A stretch of DNA of 64,000 nt, taken from the NCBI GenBank assembly GCA_017537175.1, contig JAFYLH010000010.1, forward strand, positions 15,740 to 79,739, in the 5' to 3' direction. Every line of letters begins with the position of its first letter. Positions within the stretch are counted from its first letter, which is position 1. Origin of the DNA: Clostridia bacterium (GTDB lineage Bacteria; Bacillota; Clostridia; Oscillospirales; CAG-272). The position numbers were made by a program, and so were the translations under genes. The notes under the pieces are model-generated. The model was given only the letters and a program-made list of their open reading frames with translations. It was not told where the DNA came from and ran no database searches. Shown piece after piece: positions 45,156-53,549 of the stretch.

Positions 45156-46402
45156 TTTTCATCCTCCCCCGAAAACAGCTCCGCTGTCTTATAGGGCTGT
45201 GCCATATTTGAATAGCCGATTACCACGCTGTTTTTGTCGGAGAGGTGTACAGAGGTTGCGGAGCTTTCGATATTACAGCTCATCTGCTCCCCTGTTTTCA
45301 TATTTATAAAATTCAGCTTGCCGTCGGTAAGCAGATACAGATCCTCCATAAAGAATGCCGTATCAAGTATCTTGTCCGAAACCGAGGTGTCCAGTATTAT
45401 TTCACCCTTGGTGTCAAAAATGCTGACATGGGTCTGGGAGCCTACGATGTTTTCGTTATAGCAAAGCACCGCATAATTGTCCATTATAAGACAGTTTGTG
45501 GGTACTGTGTTGCCTAATGGATGTTCGACGGCAGTCTTGTTATTCCTATCAAAGAAGACTAATGCCCCGTCGGTCAGAACTGCGTATCCGCCGTCCGAGA
45601 AGAAGCCGCAGCTTACAGCAAAGCTGCCCTGAAAAACGGTTGAGCTTTCCTCCTTGTCGGTATAGGGCGCATAGGTCACAACCTCGGATACAAAGTCGCC
45701 GTCCTTTGCTATCACGGCGGTACATACAAGTCTTTTACCCTGTGAATCTATACGGATATCGGTAATATATTTGTCCTTGTACATCTTTGAAACAAGATTG
45801 AAGTTATGGTCATACAGGTGTATAACCGACTGATACTCCAGGCTTTCGGTAACTATGGCATACATACCGTCACCCGAAATTGCCGCACAGGAAATGGGAT
45901 AATCATAGCTCTGGGTAGTCAAAAGAGAGAAGTTGTTAAACAGCCTTGCGTTCTGACCGCCAAGATCGTAGACCAGCATATATTTTCCCTTGGTGACCAC
46001 GGTGGGAGAGACCTGATTGATCTCATAGCTTGCCACATTACTGCCGTTCATATCATAAAGATCTATACTGTCGCTCTTTACGGTAACAAAGTCGGAGTTG
46101 AACATATCCACATCAATTACACCTGTGGTGTCATAATATATGCTCTCATAGTCACCCGAGTATACAGTATTTGCAGAGGAAAAGAATCTGACAAGATATT
46201 TGAAGTTTTCTAATGTGACATCGCTTCTGAACACCGATATCATAAAAAGTATAAATACCACCAGCAGTATGATGGAAATGAACTTTGCTGTCTTGAACTT
46301 GTTTGCAACATCAATATAATATTCGTTTACAGGGGTCTCGGGGGTGACCTCAAGCTCCCGTACCCGGTTTACTTCTATATCCCGTGTACCTTTATTCTTC
46401 AT
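45152..46402 (-). CDS. Membrane-anchored repeat (beta-propeller-like) protein, DUF5711-like
   Basis: ORF 45152..46435, with the start moved to ATG 46402 (AAGGAGGAAG RBS). It has one TM helix followed by a repetitive beta-rich ectodomain. The family name is from memory and unverified. Confidence 0.55.
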   Translation of the reverse strand: MKNKGTRDIEVNRVRELEVTPETPVNEYYIDVANKFKTAKFISIILLVVFILFMISVFRSDVTLENFKYLVRFFSSANTVYSGDYESIYYDTTGVIDVDMFNSDFVTVKSDSIDLYDMNGSNVASYEINQVSPTVVTKGKYMLVYDLGGQNARLFNNFSLLTTQSYDYPISCAAISGDGMYAIVTESLEYQSVIHLYDHNFNLVSKMYKDKYITDIRIDSQGKRLVCTAVIAKDGDFVSEVVTYAPYTDKEESSTVFQGSFAVSCGFFSDGGYAVLTDGALVFFDRNNKTAVEHPLGNTVPTNCLIMDNYAVLCYNENIVGSQTHVSIFDTKGEIILDTSVSDKILDTAFFMEDLYLLTDGKLNFINMKTGEQMSCNIESSATSVHLSDKNSVVIGYSNMAQPYKTAELFSGEDEK

Positions 46403-47162
46403 ATGCCTCTTCCTCCTTTGCATAAAATACCTCATACAGACACAGACCCTCGGGGGGTGCTGTCTGTCCTGAGTTTTTTCGGTCCTTTGAGTCTATAGCC
46501 GCTCTGATATCGGCTCTTGTACGCTTGCCGTGACCGACCTCGGCAAGTGTACCTGCAATTATACGCACCATATTATACAAAAATCCGTCGGCTGATATAT
46601 ATATTTTGACCTCGTCACCCTGACGGCTCACACGGCATTGCTGTACGGTACGCACCGTATCCTCTATTTTTGAGCCGCTTGCCATAAAGGCTCTGAAATC
46701 CTGCTTGCCTATGATCTCCCTTGCGGCATCATTCATAGCCGCCTCGTCAAGACGGGGAAGAATATGGGCTACCCTGCCATGTAAAAAGGGATCTCTTACG
46801 GCGCTGTCATAAAAGGTATATTCATATGCCTTGCCAAGGCAGGAATATCTGGGATGAAAATCCTCGGCTGCCTCCTCTGCCTGTCTTACCGCAATATCAT
46901 CGGGAAGATATCTGTTCATCACAAGGGGTATGCGGTCACAGGGGATACTGTTGGCGCTGCCGTCAAGGGCAACTGTACAGATAAATGACCTTGCGTGAAC
47001 ACCCGAGTCTGTACGGCTGCAGCCTGTAAGAGGATATCTCTTGCCAAAGGTCTTTTCTATTGCATCCTGTACCCTCTGCTGAACAGACACGGCATTGGGC
47101 TGGACCTGCCAGCCGCAGTAAGCTGTGCCGATATAGGAAATATTCAGTTTTATATTTTTCAT
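46392..47162 (-). CDS. truA: tRNA pseudouridine(38-40) synthase
   Basis: The start is moved to ATG 47162 (MKNIKLNISYIGTAYCGWQ). The catalytic motif is GCSRTDSGVHA. Confidence 0.9.
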   Translation of the reverse strand: MKNIKLNISYIGTAYCGWQVQPNAVSVQQRVQDAIEKTFGKRYPLTGCSRTDSGVHARSFICTVALDGSANSIPCDRIPLVMNRYLPDDIAVRQAEEAAEDFHPRYSCLGKAYEYTFYDSAVRDPFLHGRVAHILPRLDEAAMNDAAREIIGKQDFRAFMASGSKIEDTVRTVQQCRVSRQGDEVKIYISADGFLYNMVRIIAGTLAEVGHGKRTRADIRAAIDSKDRKNSGQTAPPEGLCLYEVFYAKEEEAYEE

Positions 47163-47196
47163 ATCAACACCCTTACCAATTCTCAATTCTTAATTC

Positions 47197-48009
47197 TTAA
47201 TTCCTAATTAGTACTATCCCCACACCGTAGGCAATAAATATAATAAGCATCAGCCAGTCGGTAAATCTTGTTTTTAAAACTGTCATTCTGGTTCTGCCCT
47301 CGCCGCCGTTATAGCAACGGCACTCCATAGCTGTAGCAAGCTCACCCGCACGCATAAATGCGGAAACAAACAGCGGAATAAGTATGGGTATGAGAGCCTT
47401 GACTCTGCGGACGAGATTTCCCTCGGTAAAGTCTGCTCCTCTTGCCTTCTGGGCATTCATTATCTTGTCCGTTTCCTCTATGAGGGTGGGTATGAAGCGC
47501 AGAGCTATAGTCATCATCATTGCAAACTCGTGCACCGGGAGCTTTATCAGCTTAAGGGGAGCAAAGAGCCTTTCTATTCCGTCTGTCAGCGCAATGGGGG
47601 ATGTGGTGTAGGATACAAGCACATTTGTTCCCATTAAGAGACAGGCAAGCCGCAGAACCATCTTGCCTGCGTGCTCAAGTCCCTCGGTATATATCCTTAT
47701 CTTCCAGAAGGACCACAGGGGCTCATTGTCGCCCGAGGTCCAGAAGATATTGAGTATTGCGGTAAAAACTATGATAAGCATAACAGCCTTAAAGCCGCTT
47801 ATCACTATCCTTAAGGGAATACGGGAGAAGAGGATGATAAGCACGGCACCCATAACCATAACAAGGTATGACCACCAGCTGTCAGCCAAAAATACCGCGG
47901 CTATATAAAGAGCGGTAAGAACTATCTTCATACGGGGGTCTGTACGGTGAAAAACCGAGTTGCCCGGAAAATACTGACCTAATGTGATATCACGAAGCAC
48001 CGCCGTCAC
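47197..48009 (-). CDS. ecfT: Energy-coupling-factor transporter transmembrane subunit
   Basis: Polytopic protein carrying the ARG...R coupling-helix motifs. It sits downstream of two ECF ATPase genes and upstream of truA, which is the canonical Firmicute order. Confidence 0.85.
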   Translation of the reverse strand: MTAVLRDITLGQYFPGNSVFHRTDPRMKIVLTALYIAAVFLADSWWSYLVMVMGAVLIILFSRIPLRIVISGFKAVMLIIVFTAILNIFWTSGDNEPLWSFWKIRIYTEGLEHAGKMVLRLACLLMGTNVLVSYTTSPIALTDGIERLFAPLKLIKLPVHEFAMMMTIALRFIPTLIEETDKIMNAQKARGADFTEGNLVRRVKALIPILIPLFVSAFMRAGELATAMECRCYNGGEGRTRMTVLKTRFTDWLMLIIFIAYGVGIVLIRN

Positions 48010-48859
48010 CTCCCTTGAAATAAGGAATAAGCGCTCTGTAGACCTCGCCTACGGTGTACAGGTTATCACCTAAGTCTACTCCCTCTGCCTTAAGCATACG
48101 CACAAAGCGTGCTATCTGAGGGATGTCAAGACCTATTGCCTCAAGCTCGTCAGCACGGTTGAAGATCTCATCACAGCTACCCTCTGCCCAGACCTGACCC
48201 TTTGACATAACAAGCACGCGGTCACAGTAACGGGCGATGTCCTCCATAGAGTGGCTGACTATGATAACGGTAGCACCTGTCTTGCGGCGGTACTCGCATA
48301 TTCCGCCAAAGATATCCGAGCGGCCCTGAGGGTCAAGACCTGCCGCAGGCTCGTCAAGTATAAGCACCTCGGGTGTCATTGCCATAACTCCCGCTATGGC
48401 TACCCTTCTTTTCTGACCGCCGGACAGCTCAAAGGGCGACTTTTTTAAAAGCCTTTGATCAAGACCGCAGAATTTTGCGGCGTCCGCTACACGGTGCCGT
48501 ATCTCCTCATCTGACAGTCCCATATTTTTGGGCCCAAAGGCAATATCCTTTTCTACCGTCTCCTCAAAGAGCTGGTACTCGGGATACTGAAACACCAGCC
48601 CCACCTTAAAGCGAAGATCTCTCATCCTTGCCCGCTTTTCCCATATGTCACGGCCGTCAAGGAGCACCTGACCCTCCATAGGGCGCAACAGTCCGTTGAG
48701 CAGCTGAACAAGGGTAGATTTGCCCGAGCCTGTATGTCCGATAAGGCCTGTGATACTGCCCGCCTCTATACAGGCATTGATATTATTCAATGCTTTCTTT
48801 TCAAATGGAGTTTTGCCCCCGTAAAGGTAGCTTACTCCTTTAAGCTCAATTTTTGTCAT
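47990..48859 (-). CDS. ecfA2: Energy-coupling-factor transporter ATPase (second)
   Basis: Walker A GHTGSGKST, ABC signature LSGGQKRRVAIAG and Walker B LILDEP. Confidence 0.88.
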   Translation of the reverse strand: MTKIELKGVSYLYGGKTPFEKKALNNINACIEAGSITGLIGHTGSGKSTLVQLLNGLLRPMEGQVLLDGRDIWEKRARMRDLRFKVGLVFQYPEYQLFEETVEKDIAFGPKNMGLSDEEIRHRVADAAKFCGLDQRLLKKSPFELSGGQKRRVAIAGVMAMTPEVLILDEPAAGLDPQGRSDIFGGICEYRRKTGATVIIVSHSMEDIARYCDRVLVMSKGQVWAEGSCDEIFNRADELEAIGLDIPQIARFVRMLKAEGVDLGDNLYTVGEVYRALIPYFKGGDGGAS

Positions 48860-49713
48860 TTATTCTTCAGTAAACGAGCCAACACACGGGCTCCTTCTTC
48901 CTCTGTAATTATGCTCTCGGGCAGATCTGCTCCAAGGCATCTTAACATATCAAACAATTCTGTAACCTGGGGAACAGCCAAGCCAAGATCCCACAGCTCA
49001 TAGGGATCGGCAAAGACCTCCGTGGGCTTCCCCTGCTTGACTATATGTCCGTTGTCTATAACAACTATACGGTCCCCCCGTACGGCCTCCTCCATATTAT
49101 GGGTTATGGCGATTACGGTTATCCCCTTTTCGCGGTTAAGCTTTTCTATGGTATCCATTACCTCCTGCCGTCCCTTGGGATCAAGCATTGCGGTGGATTC
49201 GTCAAATATAATACATTCGGGCAGCATTGCAATAATTCCCGCAATGGCAATTCGCTGCTTCTGTCCGCCTGAGAGCTGGTGAGGACTGTGACGGGCAAAC
49301 TCAGTCATACCCACGGTTTCAAGAGCATCGTCTACCCTTTGTCTTATCTCGGCAGAGGGGATACCTAAGTTCTCGGGGCCAAAGGCTATATCCTCCTCAA
49401 CTATGGTGGCAACAAGCTGATTGTCGGGGTTCTGAAACACCATACCCACACGGCGTCTTACCGCCATAAGCTCCTTGTCGCTAAGCTCCACGGCTATGTT
49501 CTTACCATCGATAATGACCTCACCCGAATCGGGGGTAAGGATCATATTTATGATCTTTGCAAGGGTGGATTTACCCGAGCCGTTACGCCCGAGGATAGTT
49601 ACGAACTCTCCCTTTGCGATATCTAAATTGATATCGTGTAACACGGGAATAGACTCGCCCTCGTCACCCTTATAGGAAAAATTAAGGTTTTTTATTTCAA
49701 TAAATTTGCTCAT
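48856..49713 (-). CDS. ecfA1: Energy-coupling-factor transporter ATPase (first)
   Basis: Walker A GRNGSGKST, signature LSGGQKQRIAIAG and Walker B IIFDES. Confidence 0.88.
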   Translation of the reverse strand: MSKFIEIKNLNFSYKGDEGESIPVLHDINLDIAKGEFVTILGRNGSGKSTLAKIINMILTPDSGEVIIDGKNIAVELSDKELMAVRRRVGMVFQNPDNQLVATIVEEDIAFGPENLGIPSAEIRQRVDDALETVGMTEFARHSPHQLSGGQKQRIAIAGIIAMLPECIIFDESTAMLDPKGRQEVMDTIEKLNREKGITVIAITHNMEEAVRGDRIVVIDNGHIVKQGKPTEVFADPYELWDLGLAVPQVTELFDMLRCLGADLPESIITEEEGARVLARLLKNK

Positions 49714-49758
49714 TTTGTGTAAACGCTTTTACTATATCAAATTTGCAGTTAATGATCA

Positions 49759-49829
49759 ATGACACCCCGTATCTTTGATACGGCCGGTGGAATTATGCAA
49801 GGAACTTGCCAAAGGCAAGTTGTCGCAAT
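49759..49829 (+). ncRNA. 71-nt conserved structured element M2, copy 2
   Basis: The sequence is the same as copy 1 except the bulge is CC (versus TT) and the hairpin is ACTTGCC-aaa-GGCAAGT (versus GTTTGCG-gaa-CGCAAAC). It lies between the methyltransferase gene and ecfA1, which are both on the minus strand. Confidence 0.5.
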
Positions 49830-49846
49830 AATGAATAATTGAGGTC

Positions 49847-49868
49847 GAAAACCGCTTTGGCGGTTTTC
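49847..49868. repeat. GAAAACCGC-tttg-GCGGTTTTC hairpin (copy 3 of 5; the loop is the reverse complement of caaa)
   Basis: Perfect 9-bp stem, 17 nt after M2 copy 2. Confidence 0.9.
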
Positions 49869-49910
49869 TTCCTTAACTCCTCACTCCTAACTCATAACTC
49901 CTAACTATTT
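49869..49910 (+). repeat. Heptad array (TTCCTTA ACTCCTC ACTCCTA ACTCATA ACTCCTA ACTATTT)
   Basis: 7-bp periodicity; the last unit overlaps the stop codon of the methyltransferase gene. Confidence 0.9.
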
Positions 49911-50774
49911 TGCTTGCCAACGGGAAGCCGCTCCGCAAGGAAGTGCTCCCCCGGTTCTCGTTACGGGAAGTCCTATTTCATCCGAATGAGTTTTGCCCTT
50001 GTGTGTGTCTGCTAATGCCAGATCAACTACATATCCCATAGTGCTTGCCGAAAGTCCTGTGGTATAGGAGTTAAGCAGGAAGAAAAGCGCGTCCGGAGCC
50101 AGCACCTTTGCGGTGAGCTTTACAAGATCATCTATAGATTCCTCAAGCTTCCATACCTCGCCGTTGGGACCTCTGCCGTAGCTGGGGGGATCCATAATGA
50201 TTCCGTCATAGAAGTTGCCGCGGCGAATTTCTCTTTCAACAAACTTCTTGCAGTCGTCAACTATATATCTGATGGGATGATCACTAAGTCCCGACAATGC
50301 CGCGTTTTCCTTTGCCCAGGCAACCATACCCTTAGAGGCATCTACATGAACAACGCTTGCGCCCGCCTTTGCCGCAGCAACGGTGGCACCGCCTGTATAG
50401 GCAAAGAGGTTAAGCACCTTAACGGGTCTGCCTGCGTTCTTAATAATGGGGGTAAACCACTCCCAGTTTGCCGCCTGCTCGGGGAAAAGTCCGGTATGCT
50501 TAAAGCCTGTGGGCTTTATCTTGAACTTAAGGTCAAGGGATTTGTATTCTATAGTCCATTCCTCGGGAAGTCTGTTTTCGTTCCAGGCTCCGCCGCCCTT
50601 ACGGGAACGGCGGTAGGATGCATCGGGCTTTTTCCACAGGGGATGCTTTTTTTCGCCCTTCCATATTACCTGAGGGTCGGGGCGCACAAGGGTATACTTA
50701 CCCCATCTTTCCAGCTTCTCACCGTCAGAGCAGTCAAGAAGCTCATAGTCATTCCATTTATCTGCGTAGATCAT
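49905..50774 (-). CDS. Class I SAM-dependent methyltransferase (RlmI/RlmK-like RNA methyltransferase fold)
   Basis: SAM-binding motif VLNLFAYTGGATVAAA and DPPSYGRG (the DPP[FY] motif of N/C5 RNA methyltransferases). Confidence 0.7.
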   Translation of the reverse strand: MIYADKWNDYELLDCSDGEKLERWGKYTLVRPDPQVIWKGEKKHPLWKKPDASYRRSRKGGGAWNENRLPEEWTIEYKSLDLKFKIKPTGFKHTGLFPEQAANWEWFTPIIKNAGRPVKVLNLFAYTGGATVAAAKAGASVVHVDASKGMVAWAKENAALSGLSDHPIRYIVDDCKKFVEREIRRGNFYDGIIMDPPSYGRGPNGEVWKLEESIDDLVKLTAKVLAPDALFFLLNSYTTGLSASTMGYVVDLALADTHKGKTHSDEIGLPVTRTGGALPCGAASRWQAK

Positions 50775-51850
50775 TAATTTTCCTCACTAAACATTCCGAC
50801 CTGCTCATTTGAACCCTTAAAGGGTATCTTTAAATGCTCGTAAGCAAGTCTTGTTACCATACGGCCTCTGGGTGTACGGCTTAAAAATCCTATCTGCATA
50901 AGATAAGGCTCGTAGACATCCTCTATGGTTATTGCCTCCTCGCCTACCGTTGCGGCAAGGGTGTCAAGTCCCACGGGACCGCCGTTGTAGATCTTGATGA
51001 TCGTCTCAAGCATACGCCTGTCAACGTTATCAAGTCCCAGGGGGTCTATCTCAAGACGGTCAAGGGCGTAAGCAGCCGCCTCACGGTCGATGCGCTCCTT
51101 ACCCAAGAACTGGGCAAAGTCGCGGACTCTCTTTAAAAGTCTGTTGGCTATACGGGGCGTGCCTCTTGAACGGGAGGCTATCTCAAGTGCGCCCTCATCG
51201 TCTATGGGCATATTGAGTATCCCCGCACTTCTCTTTACAATGCTTGCAAGCTCCTCGTTTGAGTAGAGCTCAAGCTTTGAAATTATACCGAAACGGTCAT
51301 GGAGGGGAGTGGAAAGCTGTCCCGCACGAGTGGTTGCACCCACAAGCGTAAACTTGGCAAGAGGCATACGGATACTGCGTGCCGAAGGGCCCTTGCCCAC
51401 GATAATATCAAGGCAGTAGTCCTCCATTGCGGGATAAAGTATCTCCTCTACCGAACGGTTGAGACGGTGTATCTCATCTATAAATAATATGTCATTTTCA
51501 TTTAAGTTGGTCAAAAGTGCCGCAAGGTCTCCCGCCTTTTCTATAGCAGGACCTGAGGTTATACGGAGATTAACACCCAGCTCGTTTGCCATAATGCAGG
51601 ATAGGGTTGTCTTACCAAGACCGGGAGGGCCGTAGAGCAGTACATGGTCAAGGGCATCCTTACGCATCTTGGCGGCGGATATGTAGACCTTTAAATTTTC
51701 CTTTGCCTTTGCCTGACCCACATATTCGTCAAAGGTCTGGGGACGAAGGGAGATCTCCTCGCTGTCCCGATCCTCGGCTACCTCCGAGGAGGACATTATT
51801 CTGTTTTCGTAGTCGATATCAAGATCAAAATCTTTGTTTTTTTCTATCAT
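50774..51850 (-). CDS. ruvB: Holliday junction branch-migration helicase
   Basis: Walker [21 protein letters not shown] and RTPRGR motifs. Confidence 0.93.
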   Translation of the reverse strand: MIEKNKDFDLDIDYENRIMSSSEVAEDRDSEEISLRPQTFDEYVGQAKAKENLKVYISAAKMRKDALDHVLLYGPPGLGKTTLSCIMANELGVNLRITSGPAIEKAGDLAALLTNLNENDILFIDEIHRLNRSVEEILYPAMEDYCLDIIVGKGPSARSIRMPLAKFTLVGATTRAGQLSTPLHDRFGIISKLELYSNEELASIVKRSAGILNMPIDDEGALEIASRSRGTPRIANRLLKRVRDFAQFLGKERIDREAAAYALDRLEIDPLGLDNVDRRMLETIIKIYNGGPVGLDTLAATVGEEAITIEDVYEPYLMQIGFLSRTPRGRMVTRLAYEHLKIPFKGSNEQVGMFSEEN

Positions 51851-51918
51851 AATTCCATCTCTGTTAGTTTGTGTAATGTGTTAAGCGGAATGCATAAATG
51901 CATTCCCTACATAAGGTA

Positions 51919-52518
51919 TCACTTTGCCATCTTTTTGAGTGCCAACCTGATAACCTCTTCTAAAGGAAGCGAAGCATCTATTCCCTTAAGGGCTGCCGCA
52001 GCCTCGCCCCGCTTATAGCCGAGAACGATAAGAGTATCTATTGCATCCGATATATTGTTGCCTGCAGGCTCCTCTGTAAAGACCTCGCCTGTGTCGGTGT
52101 CCACCGTTATCTGCTTTGCCATCTTGTCCTTAAGCTCAAGGATTATGCGCTGTGCTATCTTTGGGCCTACGCCCTGCGCCTTGGCTATCGCCTTTGCATC
52201 CCCTGCGCCTATTGCCATTGCAAGTCGGGAGGGTGTCATAAGCGACAGTATGGAAAGTGCAAACTTTGCACCTACACCGGATACCGATATTAAGAGCTTA
52301 AAGGTCTCAAGCTCGTCCTCGTCTGCAAAGCCGTAGAGATCTACTGCATCCTCGCTGACCTTCATATATGTAAAGAGCTTGACCCTTTCTCCCACCTTGC
52401 CCGATATCTTGCCGAGAGTATTGCCCGATATCAGTAATTTATATCCTACACCTGCGCAGTCTATGACCGCAACGGTCATATCGCAGAGCACTAATTCTCC
52501 GTTTAAATGGTATAACAT
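51919..52518 (-). CDS. ruvA: Holliday junction DNA-binding protein
   Basis: N-terminal OB fold (MLYHLNGEL...), HhH motifs (LISVSGVGAKFALSIL, AQGVGPKIAQRI) and a C-terminal domain III. Confidence 0.9.
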   Translation of the reverse strand: MLYHLNGELVLCDMTVAVIDCAGVGYKLLISGNTLGKISGKVGERVKLFTYMKVSEDAVDLYGFADEDELETFKLLISVSGVGAKFALSILSLMTPSRLAMAIGAGDAKAIAKAQGVGPKIAQRIILELKDKMAKQITVDTDTGEVFTEEPAGNNISDAIDTLIVLGYKRGEAAAALKGIDASLPLEEVIRLALKKMAK

Positions 52519-52531
52519 AATTTACCTTTCC

Positions 52532-52566
52532 AATTCTCAATTCTCAATTCTCAATTCTCAATTAAA
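52532..52566 (+). repeat. Heptad array (AATTCTC x4 perfect, then AATTAAA)
   Basis: It lies 13 nt upstream of the ruvA start codon (minus-strand gene). Confidence 0.9.
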
Positions 52567-52599
52567 TGTGGATTTTTGTTCCCAAAAGGAACAAAAATC

Positions 52600-52627
52600 G
52601 TCCTTAATTCCGCACTCCGCACTCCGA
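52600..52627 (+). repeat. Heptad array (GTCCTTA ATTCCGC ACTCCGC ACTCCGA) merging into M1 copy 2
   Basis: It follows the hairpin GATTTTTGTTCC-caaaa-GGAACAAAAATC (52571-52599). Confidence 0.85.
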
Positions 52628-52668
52628 CCGGAGGAAGTGCCAAGAGGCTTTGCCTCAGGCCGCATTCC
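52616..52668 (-). repeat. 53-nt repeat element M1, copy 2 (inverted)
   Basis: Its reverse complement matches 32726-32778 at 52 of 53 positions. Confidence 0.9.
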
Positions 52669-52685
52669 GCATTATTTTTGCAACC

Positions 52686-53183
52686 CTAAAGGTTGTAAAA
52701 ATCCTTCAGCCTGCTTCCGCCTGTATGGGCATTGCATACCGCTATCGCCAGCGCATCCGCCGTATCGTCCGGCTTTGGGATCTTGGGTAATCCCAAAAGG
52801 GTGGTGACCATAGTCTGCACCTGCTGCTTTTCGGCTCTGCCGTAGCCAACCACCGCCTGCTTGACCTGCAGGGGAGTATATTCGTTTATACGGACATTGT
52901 TGTTGCGTGCCGCAAGAAGAATAACTCCTCTTGCCTCGGCAACCTGTATTGCGGTCTTTTGGTTAGAGTTGAAAAACAGCTCCTCTATTGCCATTTCCTC
53001 TGGGCGGTAGTTTTTTATGAGGGTGTTCATATCCGCATAAATAGTCGCCAGTCTGTCCTCGGGGGGAGTATGTGCGGGGGTGGTGATAGCGCCGTAGTCC
53101 AGCACATGGAATTTTCCCTTTGAGTAATCTATTAACCCGTAGCCCACTATGGCTATACCCGGGTCGATACCCAATATTATCAC
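52686..53183 (-). CDS. ruvC: Crossover junction endodeoxyribonuclease
   Basis: The start is moved to GTG 53183, 7 nt after GGAGGTGA. It has the ILGIDPG catalytic Asp motif and ADALAIA near the C-terminus. Confidence 0.88.
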   Translation of the reverse strand: MIILGIDPGIAIVGYGLIDYSKGKFHVLDYGAITTPAHTPPEDRLATIYADMNTLIKNYRPEEMAIEELFFNSNQKTAIQVAEARGVILLAARNNNVRINEYTPLQVKQAVVGYGRAEKQQVQTMVTTLLGLPKIPKPDDTADALAIAVCNAHTGGSRLKDFYNL

Positions 53184-53354
53184 CGCCTCACCTCCCAAAG
53201 GATACTATTATCGCATTATATTAGTATATTATATCATAGTATATTAATTAAGTCAAATAAATGACAGCTTATTTTTATATTTTTTTGTAAATAATCTTTA
53301 TTAGTTCACAGTTTGGTGGTATAATGTTTTCATAATATTTTCTAAAGGTGAAAA

Positions 53355-53549
53355 ATGGATATAATAAAGTTCAATGTGGGTGACATCCTCACAATGAAAA
53401 AGAATCACCCCTGCGGTGCAGATACCCTTAAGGTACTGCGTACAGGCTCGGATATAAGGGTCCAATGTACCCTCTGCGGCAGAGATATGACCATCCCCCG
53501 CGAAAAGCTGGAAAAAAACATAAAGGCGGTAAACAATGAAAAAGCTTGA
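53355..53549 (+). CDS. DUF951 family small protein
   Basis: FNVGDILTMKKNHPCG...CTLCGR matches the conserved DUF951 pattern. Confidence 0.75.
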   Translation: MDIIKFNVGDILTMKKNHPCGADTLKVLRTGSDIRVQCTLCGRDMTIPREKLEKNIKAVNNEKA

